Shown in pieces: positions 62,686 through 64,000 of a stretch of 64,000 nucleotides of DNA (position 1 is its first letter; every line of letters starts with the position of its first letter). The translations under genes and the position numbers were made by a program. The stretch is from an uncultured Alistipes sp. GTDB taxonomy: Bacteria > Bacteroidota > Bacteroidia > Bacteroidales > Rikenellaceae. The notes beneath the pieces were generated by a model. It was not told where the DNA came from, ran no database searches, and saw only the letters and a list, made by a program, of their open reading frames with translations. The stretch lies in assembly GCA_949288735.1 (NCBI GenBank), contig CASELE010000007.1:1737-65736 (forward strand), given 5' to 3'.

Positions 62686-64000
62686 ATGGAACCGTACGAA
62701 GGAACTTTGCTGCATGACAAGCTGAAAGAGTATTTCGGCTTCTCGTCGTTCAAGGGCAATCAGGAGGAGGTGATTCGGAATCTGCTCGCGGGCCGGGATA
62801 CGTTCGTGCTGATGCCTACGGGTGGGGGCAAGTCCCTGTGCTACCAGCTGCCTGCTCTGCTCATGGAGGGCGTGGCCATCGTCATATCGCCGCTGATCGC
62901 CCTCATGAAGAACCAGGTGGATGCCATGCGCGCCTTCTCGGCCGAATCGGGTATCGCCCACTTTCTCAACTCCTCGCTCAACAAGACCGCCGTGGCGCAG
63001 GTGCGCGACGACGTGCTCTCCGGAAAGACCAAGCTCCTCTACTTTGCCCCCGAATCGCTTACCAAGGAGGACAACGTGTCGTTCCTGCGCCGCATACGGA
63101 TCTCGTTCTATGCCATCGACGAGGCGCACTGTATCTCGGAGTGGGGCCACGACTTCCGGCCTGAATACAGGCGTATACGTCCTATAATAAACGAGATAGG
63201 CGCTGCTCCGCTGATTGCGCTGACGGCTACGGCCACCCCCAAGGTTCAGATGGATATTCAGAAAAACCTCGGGATGAACGGTGCGGCGGTCTTCCGCTCG
63301 TCGTTCAACAGGCCCAACCTCTACTATGAAATCCGGCCCAAGCACGATGTGGACCGCGAAATCATCCGTTTCATCAAGCAGAACGAGGGCAAGAGCGGAA
63401 TCATATATTGTCTGAGCCGCAAGAAGGTGGAGGAACTTACCGAACTGCTGCTCGCCAACGGCATCAAGGCGAAGCCCTATCATGCGGGCATGGATGCGGC
63501 GACGCGGGCTACCAACCAGGACGATTTTCTCATGGAGCGTGTGGACGTAATCGTGGCGACGATAGCCTTCGGCATGGGTATCGACAAGCCCGACGTACGT
63601 TACGTGATCCACTACGACATACCCAAGTCGCTCGAAGGCTACTACCAGGAGACGGGCCGTGCCGGCCGCGACGGCGGCGAGGGCCACTGTCTGGCCTTCT
63701 ACAGCTACAAGGACATCCAGAAGCTCGAGAAGTTCATGCAGGGAAAGCCGGTGGCCGAACAGGAGATCGGCAAGCTGCTCCTGCAGGAGACGGTCTCCTA
63801 TGCCGAGAGCTCCATCTGCCGCCGCAAGACGCTGCTGCACTACTTCGGCGAGGAGTATCCCGAGGAGCGTTGCGGCAATTGCGACAACTGCCTCCATCCG
63901 AAACAGAAACTGGAGGCCCGCGATTCGATGCGGATGCTGCTCGAGGCGCTGCGGGCCGTGGGCGACAAGTTCAAGTCCGACTATCTCATCGCTGTGCTCA
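62686..64000 (+). CDS. recQ: ATP-dependent DNA helicase RecQ (runs off window end)
   Basis: Hand translation: FGFSSFKGNQ, TGGGKSLCYQ, DEAHCISEWGHDFR, QETGRAGRDG, CRR..CGNCDNC. Confidence 0.95.
   Translation, partial: MEPYEGTLLHDKLKEYFGFSSFKGNQEEVIRNLLAGRDTFVLMPTGGGKSLCYQLPALLMEGVAIVISPLIALMKNQVDAMRAFSAESGIAHFLNSSLNKTAVAQVRDDVLSGKTKLLYFAPESLTKEDNVSFLRRIRISFYAIDEAHCISEWGHDFRPEYRRIRPIINEIGAAPLIALTATATPKVQMDIQKNLGMNGAAVFRSSFNRPNLYYEIRPKHDVDREIIRFIKQNEGKSGIIYCLSRKKVEELTELLLANGIKAKPYHAGMDAATRATNQDDFLMERVDVIVATIAFGMGIDKPDVRYVIHYDIPKSLEGYYQETGRAGRDGGEGHCLAFYSYKDIQKLEKFMQGKPVAEQEIGKLLLQETVSYAESSICRRKTLLHYFGEEYPEERCGNCDNCLHPKQKLEARDSMRMLLEALRAVGDKFKSDYLIAVL

Overview
High-GC Bacteroidota chromosomal window, probably Rikenellaceae/Alistipes-like. 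That assignment is inferred from many TAnnTTTG promoter boxes, the gene content and GC-rich codon use. Most of it is housekeeping: panB, guaB-guaA, der, gltX, ychF, pyrG-yidC, rpmI-rplT, two RecQ paralogues, lptB-aroA-aroC-prmC-recX, and a TPP-riboswitch thiE-thiC-thi4 operon. No tRNA, rRNA, CRISPR array, integrase or transposase was recognised. Three regions stand out. (1) 44.8-48.3 kb: a PqqD-like gene, then a 129-aa Cys-rich leader ORF ending in the ribosome-arrest motif RAPP, a TonB-dependent receptor with a CC motif and a periplasmic CxxC heavy-metal-binding protein. This is a candidate CruR-like, metal-sensing translational-stalling system in Bacteroidota. (2) 12.9-20.3 kb: an accessory island with a lysin-like amidase, a WYL regulator divergent from three small genes (one a 46-aa Zn-ribbon ORF missed by the ORF track), an orphan 482-aa gene and a promoter-driven ~220-nt multi-stem RNA. 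It ends in an AT-rich block with a 5'-truncated helical-repeat gene and a secreted metal-hydrolase-like gene broken by one extra TGGA repeat unit. (3) 6.8-11.5 kb: a TonB receptor plus surface lipoprotein pair preceded by Pho-box-like half-sites at exact 22-nt spacing. All assignments come from motif reading by eye; no database search was run.
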